From the NCBI GenBank assembly GCA_963604715.1, contig CAVCSV010000005.1, forward strand, positions 1,516 to 65,515: DNA of 64,000 nucleotides. The letters are read 5' to 3'. Below are positions 38,290-47,771 of the stretch, piece by piece (positions within the stretch are counted from its first letter, which is position 1; every line of letters begins with the position of its first letter). Under the pieces are notes generated by a model. It searched no databases. It had not been told where the DNA came from and saw nothing but the letters and a program-made list of their open reading frames with translations. The position numbers and the translations under genes were made by a program. The DNA is from Limosilactobacillus gorillae. GTDB lineage: Bacteria > Pseudomonadota > Alphaproteobacteria > CAAGCB01 > CAG-977.

Positions 38290-39201
38290 ATGGCTGATAA
38301 AGAAATTCCGGCGGCGCTTTCTTCGTTGTACGAAGCCCTTTTGGCGTATCAGGATACGCAAGAGGGGCTGGGGCGCGTCCGTTCGCTTGCCGAAGCCGTG
38401 TGGGGCGCGGATTGGCGCGCAAAACTGCCGACGATTGTTCAGGACTGCCCCGAAAGCAACCAAGCCAAAGTCAAAACGAATCTGGACCGCGCGTTAAGAT
38501 ACGAAAAAGCGGGGTCGATGTGGACGGAAGCGTCCCGTTTGGCGGATCCCCGCCGTCCGATTGACGTCGCCAAAGCCAAAGAGCAGCTGCCCGAAATGCA
38601 GAAATGGCTTGCCGTGTTCGGCAAAGCGGGGGCGGATTTGCTGGCGCGTCTGGTCAAAAGAATCGGCGACGCCGAATCTTCCCAGCCCGTTGCCGCCGCC
38701 GACGGTTCGGTCAATCCTTACGGGTTGACCATTGACCAGCTGTGGAACTTCGACCATTTTATGCGGCTGAAAACCTACTATGACCAAACGATTTCCCGCA
38801 CCAGCGCGCGCTGCGTCCATTTGGGCGGACTGGAGCTGACGCAGTATCCGTATTTCGGCTACATCCTTGATTTGCTGGACGAAATTCTGACGTTCGGCAT
38901 GGAAATCATGACGCCGCCTTATGCTGCCATTGTGCGCGACCGCTACAAAGGCGGCGACGCCGCTTTGCGCAAGCTGCTGGCGGAATTCAAAAAAGAATTC
39001 GAAGACAACGCTCCGCCCGAAATGCTGTCCGAAGAGGAAGAGTCTTTGGACGAAGTGAAAAACCGTTTGGGGTCTTTGGCTGACAATTCCGAACCCGAAG
39101 GCGACATCGGTCCCGCGCCCGACGGATTTGTCGCCCCCGACGAACAGCAGGCTCAGCCTGACCAGCCCGCGCAGTCCGCCGCGGGAACATCGACTGCTTA
39201 A
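38290..39201 (+). CDS. hypothetical protein (303 aa)
   Basis: ORF track; acidic C-terminus; no motif recognised. Confidence 0.4.
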   Translation: MADKEIPAALSSLYEALLAYQDTQEGLGRVRSLAEAVWGADWRAKLPTIVQDCPESNQAKVKTNLDRALRYEKAGSMWTEASRLADPRRPIDVAKAKEQLPEMQKWLAVFGKAGADLLARLVKRIGDAESSQPVAAADGSVNPYGLTIDQLWNFDHFMRLKTYYDQTISRTSARCVHLGGLELTQYPYFGYILDLLDEILTFGMEIMTPPYAAIVRDRYKGGDAALRKLLAEFKKEFEDNAPPEMLSEEEESLDEVKNRLGSLADNSEPEGDIGPAPDGFVAPDEQQAQPDQPAQSAAGTSTA

Positions 39202-39211
39202 GGAAAACGAA

Positions 39212-40453
39212 ATGTTCCGCTTTTTGCTTCACTCAACAACCGTTTTGGCGACTCTCGCAGGACTGTTCGGATTGACCGCGTGTCAAACCCAAAACATCCG
39301 CGCGGGACGTCCGCTGGTCAATCTGGTGCGTCCGACCGATTTGCCGACGGAACCGAAAACAACGCGCGCGGCGCAGATGATAAGCTTGGAAACGCCTTTG
39401 CGCTGTACAATCGAGGAAACGCAAAAGAATATCATGACCGCCGTTCCGTTCAGACAGGAAGCGTTCAAACTGGAACGCGCGGAACAAAGCGACACGCTGC
39501 CGCTGTTCGAAGTCAAAGGCTTTTCGTTTGACGGACAAACGGCGGAAAAAGTGTTTTACAAGTTGCTTAGCGGCGCGAAAATCAAAGTCATCGGCGTTGA
39601 CGGTCCGTTCCCCGAACTTGCCGCCGAAAACATCACGGGCGAACTGTCGGACGTGATGGAAATGATTGCTTCCGCCGCCGATGTGTATTACCGCTACGAC
39701 GCCAAGCAGAAAACGCTGTTCGTCAGCCGCGAAGTCGGCTGGAACATGTTTGTTCCCGACCGCCGCGAAGTGATGATTGCCGTTCTGGATTCCCTGCGCG
39801 GGGCGGGCATGCACGATTTGTCCGTCAACTGGGAGGAAAACGTCATTTCCTTCAAAGGCGACAAAGGAACGGAAGCCAAGGTGCGCCAGCTGATTGATTT
39901 GTTCGACAAAGAACCGAATCTGATTGTGTTCAACGTGCAGGTTTTGCGCGTCAAACCGCTCAGCCCCGCCAAAGAAATCAACTGGCAGGATTTAATCGAA
40001 ACATTCGGCGCGGGAACGATTCGCGTTTCCGTCAACGGCGTTTTGGGGCGGTCGCTGGTTACGGCGCACAAAATCAACGCGCAGAGCTTGAGCCGTTTTT
40101 TGACGCCGCGCGCGCAGTTCGCCGTCGTGTCCGAAGGCATGTTCATTGCCGCCGACAAATGGCGCGCCCGTTTCGACGTCGGACGGTGCGGCTATATGTC
40201 GATGCCCGAAGCGCAGCTGTCTTTGATGGCGCAGACAGAACTTTACGGCGACCGCGGCGAACGGATGAAAACCGTCTTGACATTGGATTCGATGCAGGGC
40301 GAAATAACGTCGTTCAAAACGAAAAACACGCTGGGGGACAATATTTTGCTGATAGGCATTCCGGCGTCGTCTTTCGCCGATTCGCTCAAAGGCTATGAAA
40401 CAGTCGTCGTGCTGACGCCGCACATCATCCGCTTGGTCAAAGAAATCGTTTAA
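39212..40453 (+). CDS. secretin-family outer-membrane lipoprotein (short, about 414 aa)
   Basis: Lipobox LTAC; secretin N-domain-like segments; C-terminus matches the secretin signature (IGIPASSFADSLKGYETVVVLTPHII). Start moved to ATG 39212, which has a Shine-Dalgarno. Confidence 0.55.
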   Translation: MFRFLLHSTTVLATLAGLFGLTACQTQNIRAGRPLVNLVRPTDLPTEPKTTRAAQMISLETPLRCTIEETQKNIMTAVPFRQEAFKLERAEQSDTLPLFEVKGFSFDGQTAEKVFYKLLSGAKIKVIGVDGPFPELAAENITGELSDVMEMIASAADVYYRYDAKQKTLFVSREVGWNMFVPDRREVMIAVLDSLRGAGMHDLSVNWEENVISFKGDKGTEAKVRQLIDLFDKEPNLIVFNVQVLRVKPLSPAKEINWQDLIETFGAGTIRVSVNGVLGRSLVTAHKINAQSLSRFLTPRAQFAVVSEGMFIAADKWRARFDVGRCGYMSMPEAQLSLMAQTELYGDRGERMKTVLTLDSMQGEITSFKTKNTLGDNILLIGIPASSFADSLKGYETVVVLTPHIIRLVKEIV

Positions 40454-40465
40454 AAGGAATAAATC

Positions 40466-41230
40466 ATGTCCGATCAGGATCAACATTATCCGCATCCGCC
40501 CGTTTCCCCCGTTTACGGACAAGTTCCTCCCGCGCCGGTGGGGATGCCGCGCCCGATGCCGATGAAAATGCCGGCGGGGATGAAAATGCCGCCGCGTCCG
40601 ATGGGCTATCCCATGCCGGCGGGGATGAAAATGCCGCCGCGTCCGATGGGCTATCCCATGCCGCAACCCGTTGCGCCCCAGCCTGCCGTTCAGCCCGTCG
40701 AAGAGGAAATTCCCCCCGCCGCCGAAGAAGAGGCGGCAGAGGAACTGCAGGCCGACGAAAACGGCATTATCGACGATTTGGACGAAGAAATCCCCGTCGA
40801 ACAGGAAGAAGAGGAATTCGAAAATCCTTACGACAAAAACTTTGCGTCCGATTTGGGATTGCCCCCCGCGTTTATCAGAACGCCGATGATTTTGTTCTTT
40901 TTCCTGATGTTCACGTTTATCGGCGCGGGGTTGGGATTCTTTTACGGGACGATGGATTCGCGCGGCGCGGATGAATTGCCGGGTGTTGTAACGAACGCCG
41001 AAATTCCCAAGGGACGCCCCCGTTGCGGCATTGCCCAAAAAGGGCAGGGCTGTGTGTTTTATGTGATGAATGCTCAGCGCAAAGAATTGGAGGCGCGCGA
41101 TTTTTTCGGCATTGCGTCGGATATGCTGCAAATGCCGAAATTCCAAATCGAAACGGCGAACATCCGTTATGCGACGACGCGGATTCCCCCCGGCTACATC
41201 GCTTTGCTGAACATTCCGCCGTTGCAGTAA
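40466..41230 (+). CDS. proline/methionine-rich bitopic membrane protein (MPAGMKMPPRPMGYPMP repeats, acidic segment, one TM helix, periplasmic C-domain)
   Basis: ORF track; one hydrophobic helix (MILFFFLMFTFIGAGLGFFYG). Confidence 0.45.
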   Translation: MSDQDQHYPHPPVSPVYGQVPPAPVGMPRPMPMKMPAGMKMPPRPMGYPMPAGMKMPPRPMGYPMPQPVAPQPAVQPVEEEIPPAAEEEAAEELQADENGIIDDLDEEIPVEQEEEEFENPYDKNFASDLGLPPAFIRTPMILFFFLMFTFIGAGLGFFYGTMDSRGADELPGVVTNAEIPKGRPRCGIAQKGQGCVFYVMNAQRKELEARDFFGIASDMLQMPKFQIETANIRYATTRIPPGYIALLNIPPLQ

Positions 41231-41273
41231 AGACGGGCTTTCCATCAAATATTTTTGACAAAATTTTTTACAA

Positions 41274-41310
41274 AGGCCTTGTTATGTGTAAAACAAGCCC
41301 TTTGTTTTTT
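41274..41310 (+). terminator. Rho-independent terminator (AGGCCTTGTT / AACAAGCCCT plus T-run)
   Basis: 10-bp stem with one mismatch, followed by TTTGTTTTTT. Confidence 0.5.
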
Positions 41311-41473
41311 AACAAATTACGGGAATCGACGCTTTTGACGGCGGTTTTGCTTTTTTGTCAAAATTTTTGAAAAATTTTTCAAAAAAGTGTTTGCAAAATT
41401 TTAAAAAACAGGTGTAAGATGTCTTTAACAGATTTGGGAAGACCAAGTCGCAAAAACTTAAAGGAGTGAGTCG

Positions 41474-41680
41474 ATGTCATACGGATGGAAAGATTATTGC
41501 GAAATTGCAGACGCGTTGAACGAGGCTTATCCCGATCAGTCTTTGACGAACATGAAGCCGGAGGAATTGATTCGTCTGGTCAAATCTTTGCCCGATTTTC
41601 AGGACGATTCCGAACCCAGCGAACTGGTTTTGGACGCGATTTGGAACCGTTGGGTTTATGTCGGTTATCCCGAAGAATAA
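41474..41680 (+). CDS. iscX: Fe-S cluster assembly protein IscX (YfhJ) homolog
   Basis: 68 aa; remembered alignment to E. coli IscX (W.D..EI..AL..AYPD, DF.DD, .L.AI...W). Confidence 0.6.
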   Translation: MSYGWKDYCEIADALNEAYPDQSLTNMKPEELIRLVKSLPDFQDDSEPSELVLDAIWNRWVYVGYPEE

Positions 41681-41707
41681 AATTTTTTGATATAGAAAGG
41701 TACTGCT

Positions 41708-43366
41708 ATGGCTGAAAAAAGAACAGAGTTCGAATCTCTCGGCGGTAATAACTTGGACGGCATCGGCGGCAATGCGAAAAAAATCACATACACCGCAGAA
41801 GACGGAACCAAAAAATCGATTCAAATCGACTGCGGGATGAAGTTTTCCGACAAAGCCTTGACGGGTGTCGACAACTACATCGCTCCGCTGGAATGCGACG
41901 ACTTGCTGCTGACGCACGCTCACGCAGACCATATCGCGGGGATTATTCACCATATTCAGATGAATCCCGAACGTCCGCTGAACATTTACGCCGACAAATT
42001 CACGCACCAGTTCATGCTGGCGGAAATGACCAAGCAGGGATTGCCCATCGACAACATGCCGAAATTTCACGATGTCGAAGACGGTAAGAAATTCAAAGTC
42101 AACGGCTTTGAAGTCGAACCCGTTCCCGTGACCCACTCGGCGCCCGGCGCGGTGGCGTTCGTCGTCGAATCCCCCGACGGTACCCGTATGATGGACCTGG
42201 GCGATTTCAAAACGACCAAAGCCGAATTGGGCAAAGGCTGGGACGACAAACGCATCGGTGAAGTTTTTGCCAAAGGCGTTGACGTTTGCTTCTGCGACTC
42301 CACGTCCACAACGTCCAAAGAAGTCACGCCGTCTTATGACATGGTGACCAAAGGCTTCAAAAAGATTTTGCGCGAAAACCCGAACGCCCAGATGATGGTC
42401 GGCACGATTGCCCGTTCCGCTCAGCAGATGATGGCTGACGTTATCGCGGTTGCCGAATACGCCAAAGAAACGGGTACGAAACCCCGCACGTTCATTCTGG
42501 ACGGCGCTTCTTTGGTTCAGGTCAACGAATGCCTGAACAAAGCGGGCATCGGCATGACCCACGCCTGCCAGCAGCGCACGGGCGTCCGCGTCAACATCAT
42601 CGACGCCAAAGACCCCGCCGCCCGCGCTATTCCGCCCAGCGAACGCATCTATATGGTGACGGGCACGCAGGGTGAAGAAATGGCGTCCATGGCGCGCGTT
42701 TCCCGCGGCGAAAACAGAAACATTCATCCCGCGCACGGCGTTCCCAATCTGTGCGTCAACCAGCAGGCGGTCATTCCGTCGGGCGACAACCAAGCCGTCG
42801 TTGACCAGATGATGACTGCTTTGGAAGCGCAGGGTTGGAAAACGATGATTCCGCAGCGCGGCGCTCCGTTCGTCGAAGGCGAAACCTACTACGTTTCCGG
42901 TCACGGTCGCGCAGGGGATATGGAAAAGGTTGCCGATTTGGCTGCCGCCAACCAGCCCGCTGACCGCAAGACGACGTTCATCGGCATTCACGGCGACGAA
43001 AAACAGACCACGGCTACCGAAGAAATCTTCAAAGGCAAAGGTCAGAAAGTCGACCACATCACGAATGCGCAGAAAATCGTTGTGTCCAAGGGTAAAGTCG
43101 AAGTTTCCCCGACCATCGGCAAAGCCAGCCGTATCGCGGTCATTGACCAGAACGACGACTTTATGAACCCCGATTTCCGCTACATCAAACAGGCGTTCAA
43201 CCCCGTTGCCAAGAAATGGGAAGACGTCAAGGAAATCGAATACAAGAAGATTTTGCTGTCCAAAACCGAACGCAAGAATATGAACAAAGGCAAAGGTAAA
43301 GGCGGCAAGAAGGGCGGAAAACGTCATAATATCGCGATGATGGCGAAAATGGAACGCACCCGTTAA
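41708..43366 (+). CDS. metallo-beta-lactamase-fold hydrolase, RNase J-like (beta-CASP), with Lys/Gly-rich C-terminal tail
   Basis: LGG...IGGN N-terminus and HAHADHIAG motif as in RNase J; 552 aa. Confidence 0.5.
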   Translation: MAEKRTEFESLGGNNLDGIGGNAKKITYTAEDGTKKSIQIDCGMKFSDKALTGVDNYIAPLECDDLLLTHAHADHIAGIIHHIQMNPERPLNIYADKFTHQFMLAEMTKQGLPIDNMPKFHDVEDGKKFKVNGFEVEPVPVTHSAPGAVAFVVESPDGTRMMDLGDFKTTKAELGKGWDDKRIGEVFAKGVDVCFCDSTSTTSKEVTPSYDMVTKGFKKILRENPNAQMMVGTIARSAQQMMADVIAVAEYAKETGTKPRTFILDGASLVQVNECLNKAGIGMTHACQQRTGVRVNIIDAKDPAARAIPPSERIYMVTGTQGEEMASMARVSRGENRNIHPAHGVPNLCVNQQAVIPSGDNQAVVDQMMTALEAQGWKTMIPQRGAPFVEGETYYVSGHGRAGDMEKVADLAAANQPADRKTTFIGIHGDEKQTTATEEIFKGKGQKVDHITNAQKIVVSKGKVEVSPTIGKASRIAVIDQNDDFMNPDFRYIKQAFNPVAKKWEDVKEIEYKKILLSKTERKNMNKGKGKGGKKGGKRHNIAMMAKMERTR

Positions 43367-43381
43367 TCCGATTTGAAAAAA

Positions 43382-43410
43382 AAGAGCGCCTTGCGAAAGG
43401 CGCTCTTTTT
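43382..43410 (+). terminator. Rho-independent terminator (AGAGCGCCT tgcgaa AGGCGCTCT plus TTTT)
   Basis: Perfect 9-bp inverted repeat plus T-run. Confidence 0.7.
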
Positions 43411-43521
43411 GTATCGAAAACGGAACCGACGGCGCGGGGCGGATAGACTATAACCTAATGGCTGGATTGTCGAATTCACCGCGGAAGACGTATATTCTTC
43501 CGACACGGAAAGGAGGACGCC

Positions 43522-44391
43522 ATGAAGGTCAAAAAGCTGGATTTAAACGCAGGTTGGCAAATGTCCGCTTTGGGATTCTGCTTGTGGAACATCGGCGAAA
43601 AAGCAAGTCAGTTCCCCGCTCAGGCGGATTTTTTGCGTTACGCGTTTGACGTGGGATTTCGTATTTTCGACGCGGCGGAAAGTTACGGCAGGGGCGGCGC
43701 GGAGGAAGTGGCGGGCGAAGCGTTTTGCCAAATGCGCGATGAAGTCAAGCTGGGGTCTAAAGTGTCCCCCGTTTCCATCGATGCAGACGATGTGTATGAC
43801 AGCGTTATCCGCGCGTGCGAAGAAAGCTTGCGGCGGCTTCAAACCGATTATTTGGATATGTATACGCTCCATTCCCCCGAAAACGACGAGGATTGGCAGG
43901 AAATTTTGGACGCTTTTCTGGACTTGAAAGCGGCGGGGAAAATCAAAAACTTCGGTGTCAGCTATTTCGATGCGGAGGATTTGACCGAATGGCTGAAACT
44001 GGACGGGGCGGAACAAACTGCCGTTTGCGAAAGCTATTTTTCTTTGGCGAACAGGGCGTATGAGTGCGATTTGCTGCCGTTGTGCCGACAAAAGGGCATT
44101 CCGCTGATTTCCTATCCGCGTCTGGCAATGTACAGCAATGCGTTTCAGTCCCCCGTTTTAAAGCGAATTGCCGCGGACAGAGGTGTAACACCCGCCCAAA
44201 TCGCGCTGGCGTGGCAACTGTCGTTTTCGGGTGTCGGCGCATTTGTCATTCCGACTTCACAGGCGGAAATCCGCGCGTTTTGGGACAGTCAGGGAATCGC
44301 GCTGAAGCGGGACGAACTGCGCGCCCTTGACGCGCAATTCCCCCGACCGTGCAAACAAATCAGCCGCCGCGAGCAGCGCGCATCCGTTTAA
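43522..44391 (+). CDS. aldo/keto reductase family oxidoreductase
   Basis: AKR-typical blocks (FDAAESYGRG.AEE, HSPEND, IPTSQ). Confidence 0.8.
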   Translation: MKVKKLDLNAGWQMSALGFCLWNIGEKASQFPAQADFLRYAFDVGFRIFDAAESYGRGGAEEVAGEAFCQMRDEVKLGSKVSPVSIDADDVYDSVIRACEESLRRLQTDYLDMYTLHSPENDEDWQEILDAFLDLKAAGKIKNFGVSYFDAEDLTEWLKLDGAEQTAVCESYFSLANRAYECDLLPLCRQKGIPLISYPRLAMYSNAFQSPVLKRIAADRGVTPAQIALAWQLSFSGVGAFVIPTSQAEIRAFWDSQGIALKRDELRALDAQFPRPCKQISRREQRASV

Positions 44392-45103
44392 TGAACGCTT
44401 TTGCCGCCGCTTCGGGCGCGGGATTGTCTTTTAAGACTTTGACGACGTCGGCTTTGGTCAGCCCCGAAAATTTGACCAAAGCGGCGATGTATTCGCCTTT
44501 TTGGCTCAGCACGTTGTCTTTATTTTTCAAAATGAACGCTTCGACTTGTTCTTCGTATGCCTGCCAAGGGGAGTACGTTCCGCTTTTTTTTGCCAGATTG
44601 ACGTGAAATTCGTTGTCGCCGTAAGCGTAGTAGTAGCCCAGCGGGTTGAACTGCGTCGCGAAATCGAACGGCATCCACACGATTCCCAGCACCATTTTGA
44701 CCAGATTGACGGGCAGCATCACCGTTGACGTCGGGCTGGTCGTCGCGGCGTTGGCGCCGACATCCCACACATCCGACGAAACGTTCGCCGTCTGTTGACT
44801 TGACCAGCTGACGGAGCTTTCGTGCGACGTCATATTTTTTTCCTTGGGCGGCAGGGGATAGACCAACAGCTCGACGTCGTTGTATCCCGCGGCGCGCACG
44901 GTCAGATTCATGCCGACATTTTTCAAAGTATGCGTCGTCGCCGTTTCGGAAACGACTTCTCCGTCCTTTAAAATTTCGGCGGGAACGTTCGTGGAAATCA
45001 GGATTTCTTCTTTCGGTTTTTCGTCCGCGCTTTCGTAATGGGTCAGCGCGCATCCGCTCAACGCCAGCGCGCCCGCCGTCAGCAGTATTTTTCCGATTTT
45101 CAT
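44360..45103 (-). CDS. lipoprotein of unknown function
   Basis: Start at ATG 45103 with GGAGG Shine-Dalgarno; MKIGKILLTAGALALSGC lipobox. Confidence 0.5.
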   Translation of the reverse strand: MKIGKILLTAGALALSGCALTHYESADEKPKEEILISTNVPAEILKDGEVVSETATTHTLKNVGMNLTVRAAGYNDVELLVYPLPPKEKNMTSHESSVSWSSQQTANVSSDVWDVGANAATTSPTSTVMLPVNLVKMVLGIVWMPFDFATQFNPLGYYYAYGDNEFHVNLAKKSGTYSPWQAYEEQVEAFILKNKDNVLSQKGEYIAALVKFSGLTKADVVKVLKDNPAPEAAAKAFIKRMRAARGG

Positions 45104-45304
45104 GGCAACCTCCGCATGATTGAAAAAAAACATTATACTACGGATTGTAACCGAAAGCCAAGCCTTGAGGCGTTTTTTTAAAAAACTGACTCTTTATGCG
45201 GGAAAGGCTTTGATTTTTTTTTCAAAGTGTGGCAAATATAAACGTGCTTGAGAATTCAATCGCGTCTGATTTGACGCAAGCTTAACAATTTAAGGAGAAA
45301 ATAC

Positions 45305-46315
45305 ATGGCAGTTCGCGTTGCGATTAATGGTTTCGGCCGTATCGGTCGTTTGGCTTTCCGCGCTTTGGCGGAATCCGGCCGCACGGACGTCGACGTCGTT
45401 GCGATTAACGACCTCGGTTCGCCGAAAGCCAACGCTCATTTGTTGAAATTCGATTCCGTTCACGGACCTTTCCCCGGCGAAGTTTCCGCCACCGACGATT
45501 CGATTACCGTCAACGGTAAAACCGTGAAAGTCTTGGCTGAACGCGATCCGCACAACCTGCCCTGGAAAGAAATGGACATCGATATCGTGTACGAATGCAC
45601 GGGCATCTTCACCGACGCCGAAAAAGCGAAAGTCCATCTGGAAGCCGGCGCAAAACGCGTTCTGGTGTCCGCTCCGTCCAAAGGCGCCGATTTGACGGTT
45701 GTTTACGGCGTGAACGACGACAAGCTGACCAGTGAACACAAAATCGTTTCCAACGCGTCCTGCACGACGAACTGCTTGTCCCCCGTTGCCAAAGTTTTGA
45801 ACGAAAACTTCGGTATCGTCCGCGGCTACATGACGACGATTCACTCCTACACGGGCGACCAGCGCACGGTTGACACGTTGCACAAAGACCTGTACCGCGC
45901 CCGCGCCGCCGCTTTGTCGATGATTCCGACGACGACCGGTGCCGCGAAAGCCGTCGGTCTGGTTCTGCCGGAATTGGCGGGTAAACTGCAGGGTTCCGCG
46001 ATTCGCGTTCCGACTCCCGACGTGTCCGTCGTCGACCTGAAAGTCGAATTGGCGAAAAACACGACCGAAGAAGAAGTCAACGCCGCGATGAAAGCCGCGT
46101 CCGAATCGGGTCGCCTGAAAGGCATTTTGGGCTACAACGACCTGCCGCTGGTTTCGTCCGACTTCACGCACACGAAATTCAGCTCCATCTTCCACGCCGA
46201 CCAGACGAAAGTCATCGACGGCAACTTCCTGCGCATCCTGAGCTGGTACGACAACGAATGGGGCTTCTCCAACCGTATGTCCGATACCGCCGTTGCGATG
46301 TCGAAGTTCATCTAA
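45305..46315 (+). CDS. gap: glyceraldehyde-3-phosphate dehydrogenase
   Basis: INGFGRIGR, SNASCTTNCL active-site motif. Confidence 0.95.
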   Translation: MAVRVAINGFGRIGRLAFRALAESGRTDVDVVAINDLGSPKANAHLLKFDSVHGPFPGEVSATDDSITVNGKTVKVLAERDPHNLPWKEMDIDIVYECTGIFTDAEKAKVHLEAGAKRVLVSAPSKGADLTVVYGVNDDKLTSEHKIVSNASCTTNCLSPVAKVLNENFGIVRGYMTTIHSYTGDQRTVDTLHKDLYRARAAALSMIPTTTGAAKAVGLVLPELAGKLQGSAIRVPTPDVSVVDLKVELAKNTTEEEVNAAMKAASESGRLKGILGYNDLPLVSSDFTHTKFSSIFHADQTKVIDGNFLRILSWYDNEWGFSNRMSDTAVAMSKFI

Positions 46316-46390
46316 GGTTTTTTACCGCAAAACGGCTTCCTCCCTCAAAGGAGGGAGCCGATTTTGTTTATCTGCAAGGAAAATAAAAAA

Positions 46391-47581
46391 ATGGCTAAAT
46401 TCAATACGATTAAAGATTTGGACGCCAAAGGCAAAGTCGTTTTCGTCCGCGCCGATTTGAACGTCCCGTTCAAAGACGGCAAAGTCACCGACTCGACCCG
46501 TATCGACCGTTTCGTCCCGACCGTCAAAGCGTTGACGGAAAAAGGCGCGAAAGTCGTTATCGCTTCGCACTTCGGCCGTCCCAAAGGTCAGGTCGTTCCC
46601 GAAATGTCGCTGGGTCAGATTGTTCCCGACGTCGAAAAAGCTTTGGGTCAGAAAATCGTTTTCGTTGACGACTGCATCGGACCGAAAGTCGAATCCGCCA
46701 TCAAAGCGATGAAAGACGGCGACGTCATCATGCTGGAAAATCTGCGCTTCTATGCCGAAGAAGAAAAGAACGACGCGGATTTCGCCGCCAAATTGGCGAA
46801 AGACATCGACATCTATGTCAACGACGCGTTTTCGTGCGCCCACCGCGCCCACGCTTCCACCGAAGGCATGGCGAAACTGAAACCGAACGCCGCGGGTCTG
46901 CTGATGCAGGCGGAATTGGAAGCTTTGGACGCCGCTTTGGGCAACCCCGTCCGCCCCGTTTGCGCGATTGTCGGCGGCGCGAAAGTGTCCACGAAGCTGG
47001 ACTTGCTGGGCAACTTGGTCGCCAAGGTTGACAAACTGGTCATCGGCGGCGGCATGGCGAACACGTTCCTGTTTGCCAAAGGCGTTGCCGTCGGCACGTC
47101 CTTGTGTGAAAAAGAAATGGCTGACACCGCCCGCGAAATCATGAAAAAGGCGGAAGCGGCGAAATGCGAAATCATTTTGCCCGTTGACGTCGTTGTCGCC
47201 AAAGAATTCGCCGAAAACGCCGAAAACGAAACGGTTGACGTGAACGCTGTTCCCGCCGACATGATGATTTTGGACATCGGTCCGAAATCCGTCGCCGAAA
47301 TCGTCAAAAAGCTGGGCGAATGCAAGACCGTGATTTGGAACGGTCCCGTCGGCGCGTTTGAAATCAAACCGTTCAACAAAGCGACCTTTGCGATTGCCGA
47401 AGCGGTTGCCGATTTGACCGCCAAAGGATTGAAATCCATCGGCGGCGGCGGCGACACGGTTTCCGCGCTGAAACACGCGGGCGTTGCCGACAAACTGTCG
47501 TATTTGTCCGCCGCGGGCGGCGCTTTCCTGGAATGGATGGAAGGCAAAGTCCTGCCGGGCGTCAAAGTGTTGGAAAAATAA
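46391..47581 (+). CDS. pgk: phosphoglycerate kinase
   Basis: Canonical PGK blocks ([19 protein letters not shown]); start at MAKF. Confidence 0.95.
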   Translation: MAKFNTIKDLDAKGKVVFVRADLNVPFKDGKVTDSTRIDRFVPTVKALTEKGAKVVIASHFGRPKGQVVPEMSLGQIVPDVEKALGQKIVFVDDCIGPKVESAIKAMKDGDVIMLENLRFYAEEEKNDADFAAKLAKDIDIYVNDAFSCAHRAHASTEGMAKLKPNAAGLLMQAELEALDAALGNPVRPVCAIVGGAKVSTKLDLLGNLVAKVDKLVIGGGMANTFLFAKGVAVGTSLCEKEMADTAREIMKKAEAAKCEIILPVDVVVAKEFAENAENETVDVNAVPADMMILDIGPKSVAEIVKKLGECKTVIWNGPVGAFEIKPFNKATFAIAEAVADLTAKGLKSIGGGGDTVSALKHAGVADKLSYLSAAGGAFLEWMEGKVLPGVKVLEK

Positions 47582-47598
47582 GATTTTTTCAATCAAAA

Positions 47599-47632
47599 GA
47601 CCGTCCTTGGAAACAAGGGCGGTCTTTTTTTG
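47599..47632 (+). terminator. Rho-independent terminator after pgk (AGACCGTCC loop GGGCGGTCT plus T7)
   Basis: 9-bp stem with one wobble, followed by TTTTTTT. Confidence 0.7.
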
Positions 47633-47771
47633 TCAAATAAAACTTGTTTAGTTTCAATCTGTTAAGATTTTTTGTAAAGGACGTTTCGAAAAAACGTTTC
47701 TTTTCTTTTGAAAACGGGATATAGTGAATCGTCGGATTAGTGTGTCCGCCGTTGTAAAAGGGAGCTTTGAA

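Noticed and set aside
39212-40453. Possibility that the lipoprotein is a VirB7/VirB9-type T4SS outer-membrane component
   Set aside because: Its length, N-domain repeats and C-terminal motif fit secretins, not VirB9 (about 270 aa, no lipobox) or VirB7 (about 50 aa)
45215-45223. T9 homopolymer in the gap promoter region
   Set aside because: It is intergenic and A/T tracts of this length are common. The spacing is not positioned between recognisable -35 and -10 elements, so I do not call it a phase-variation switch
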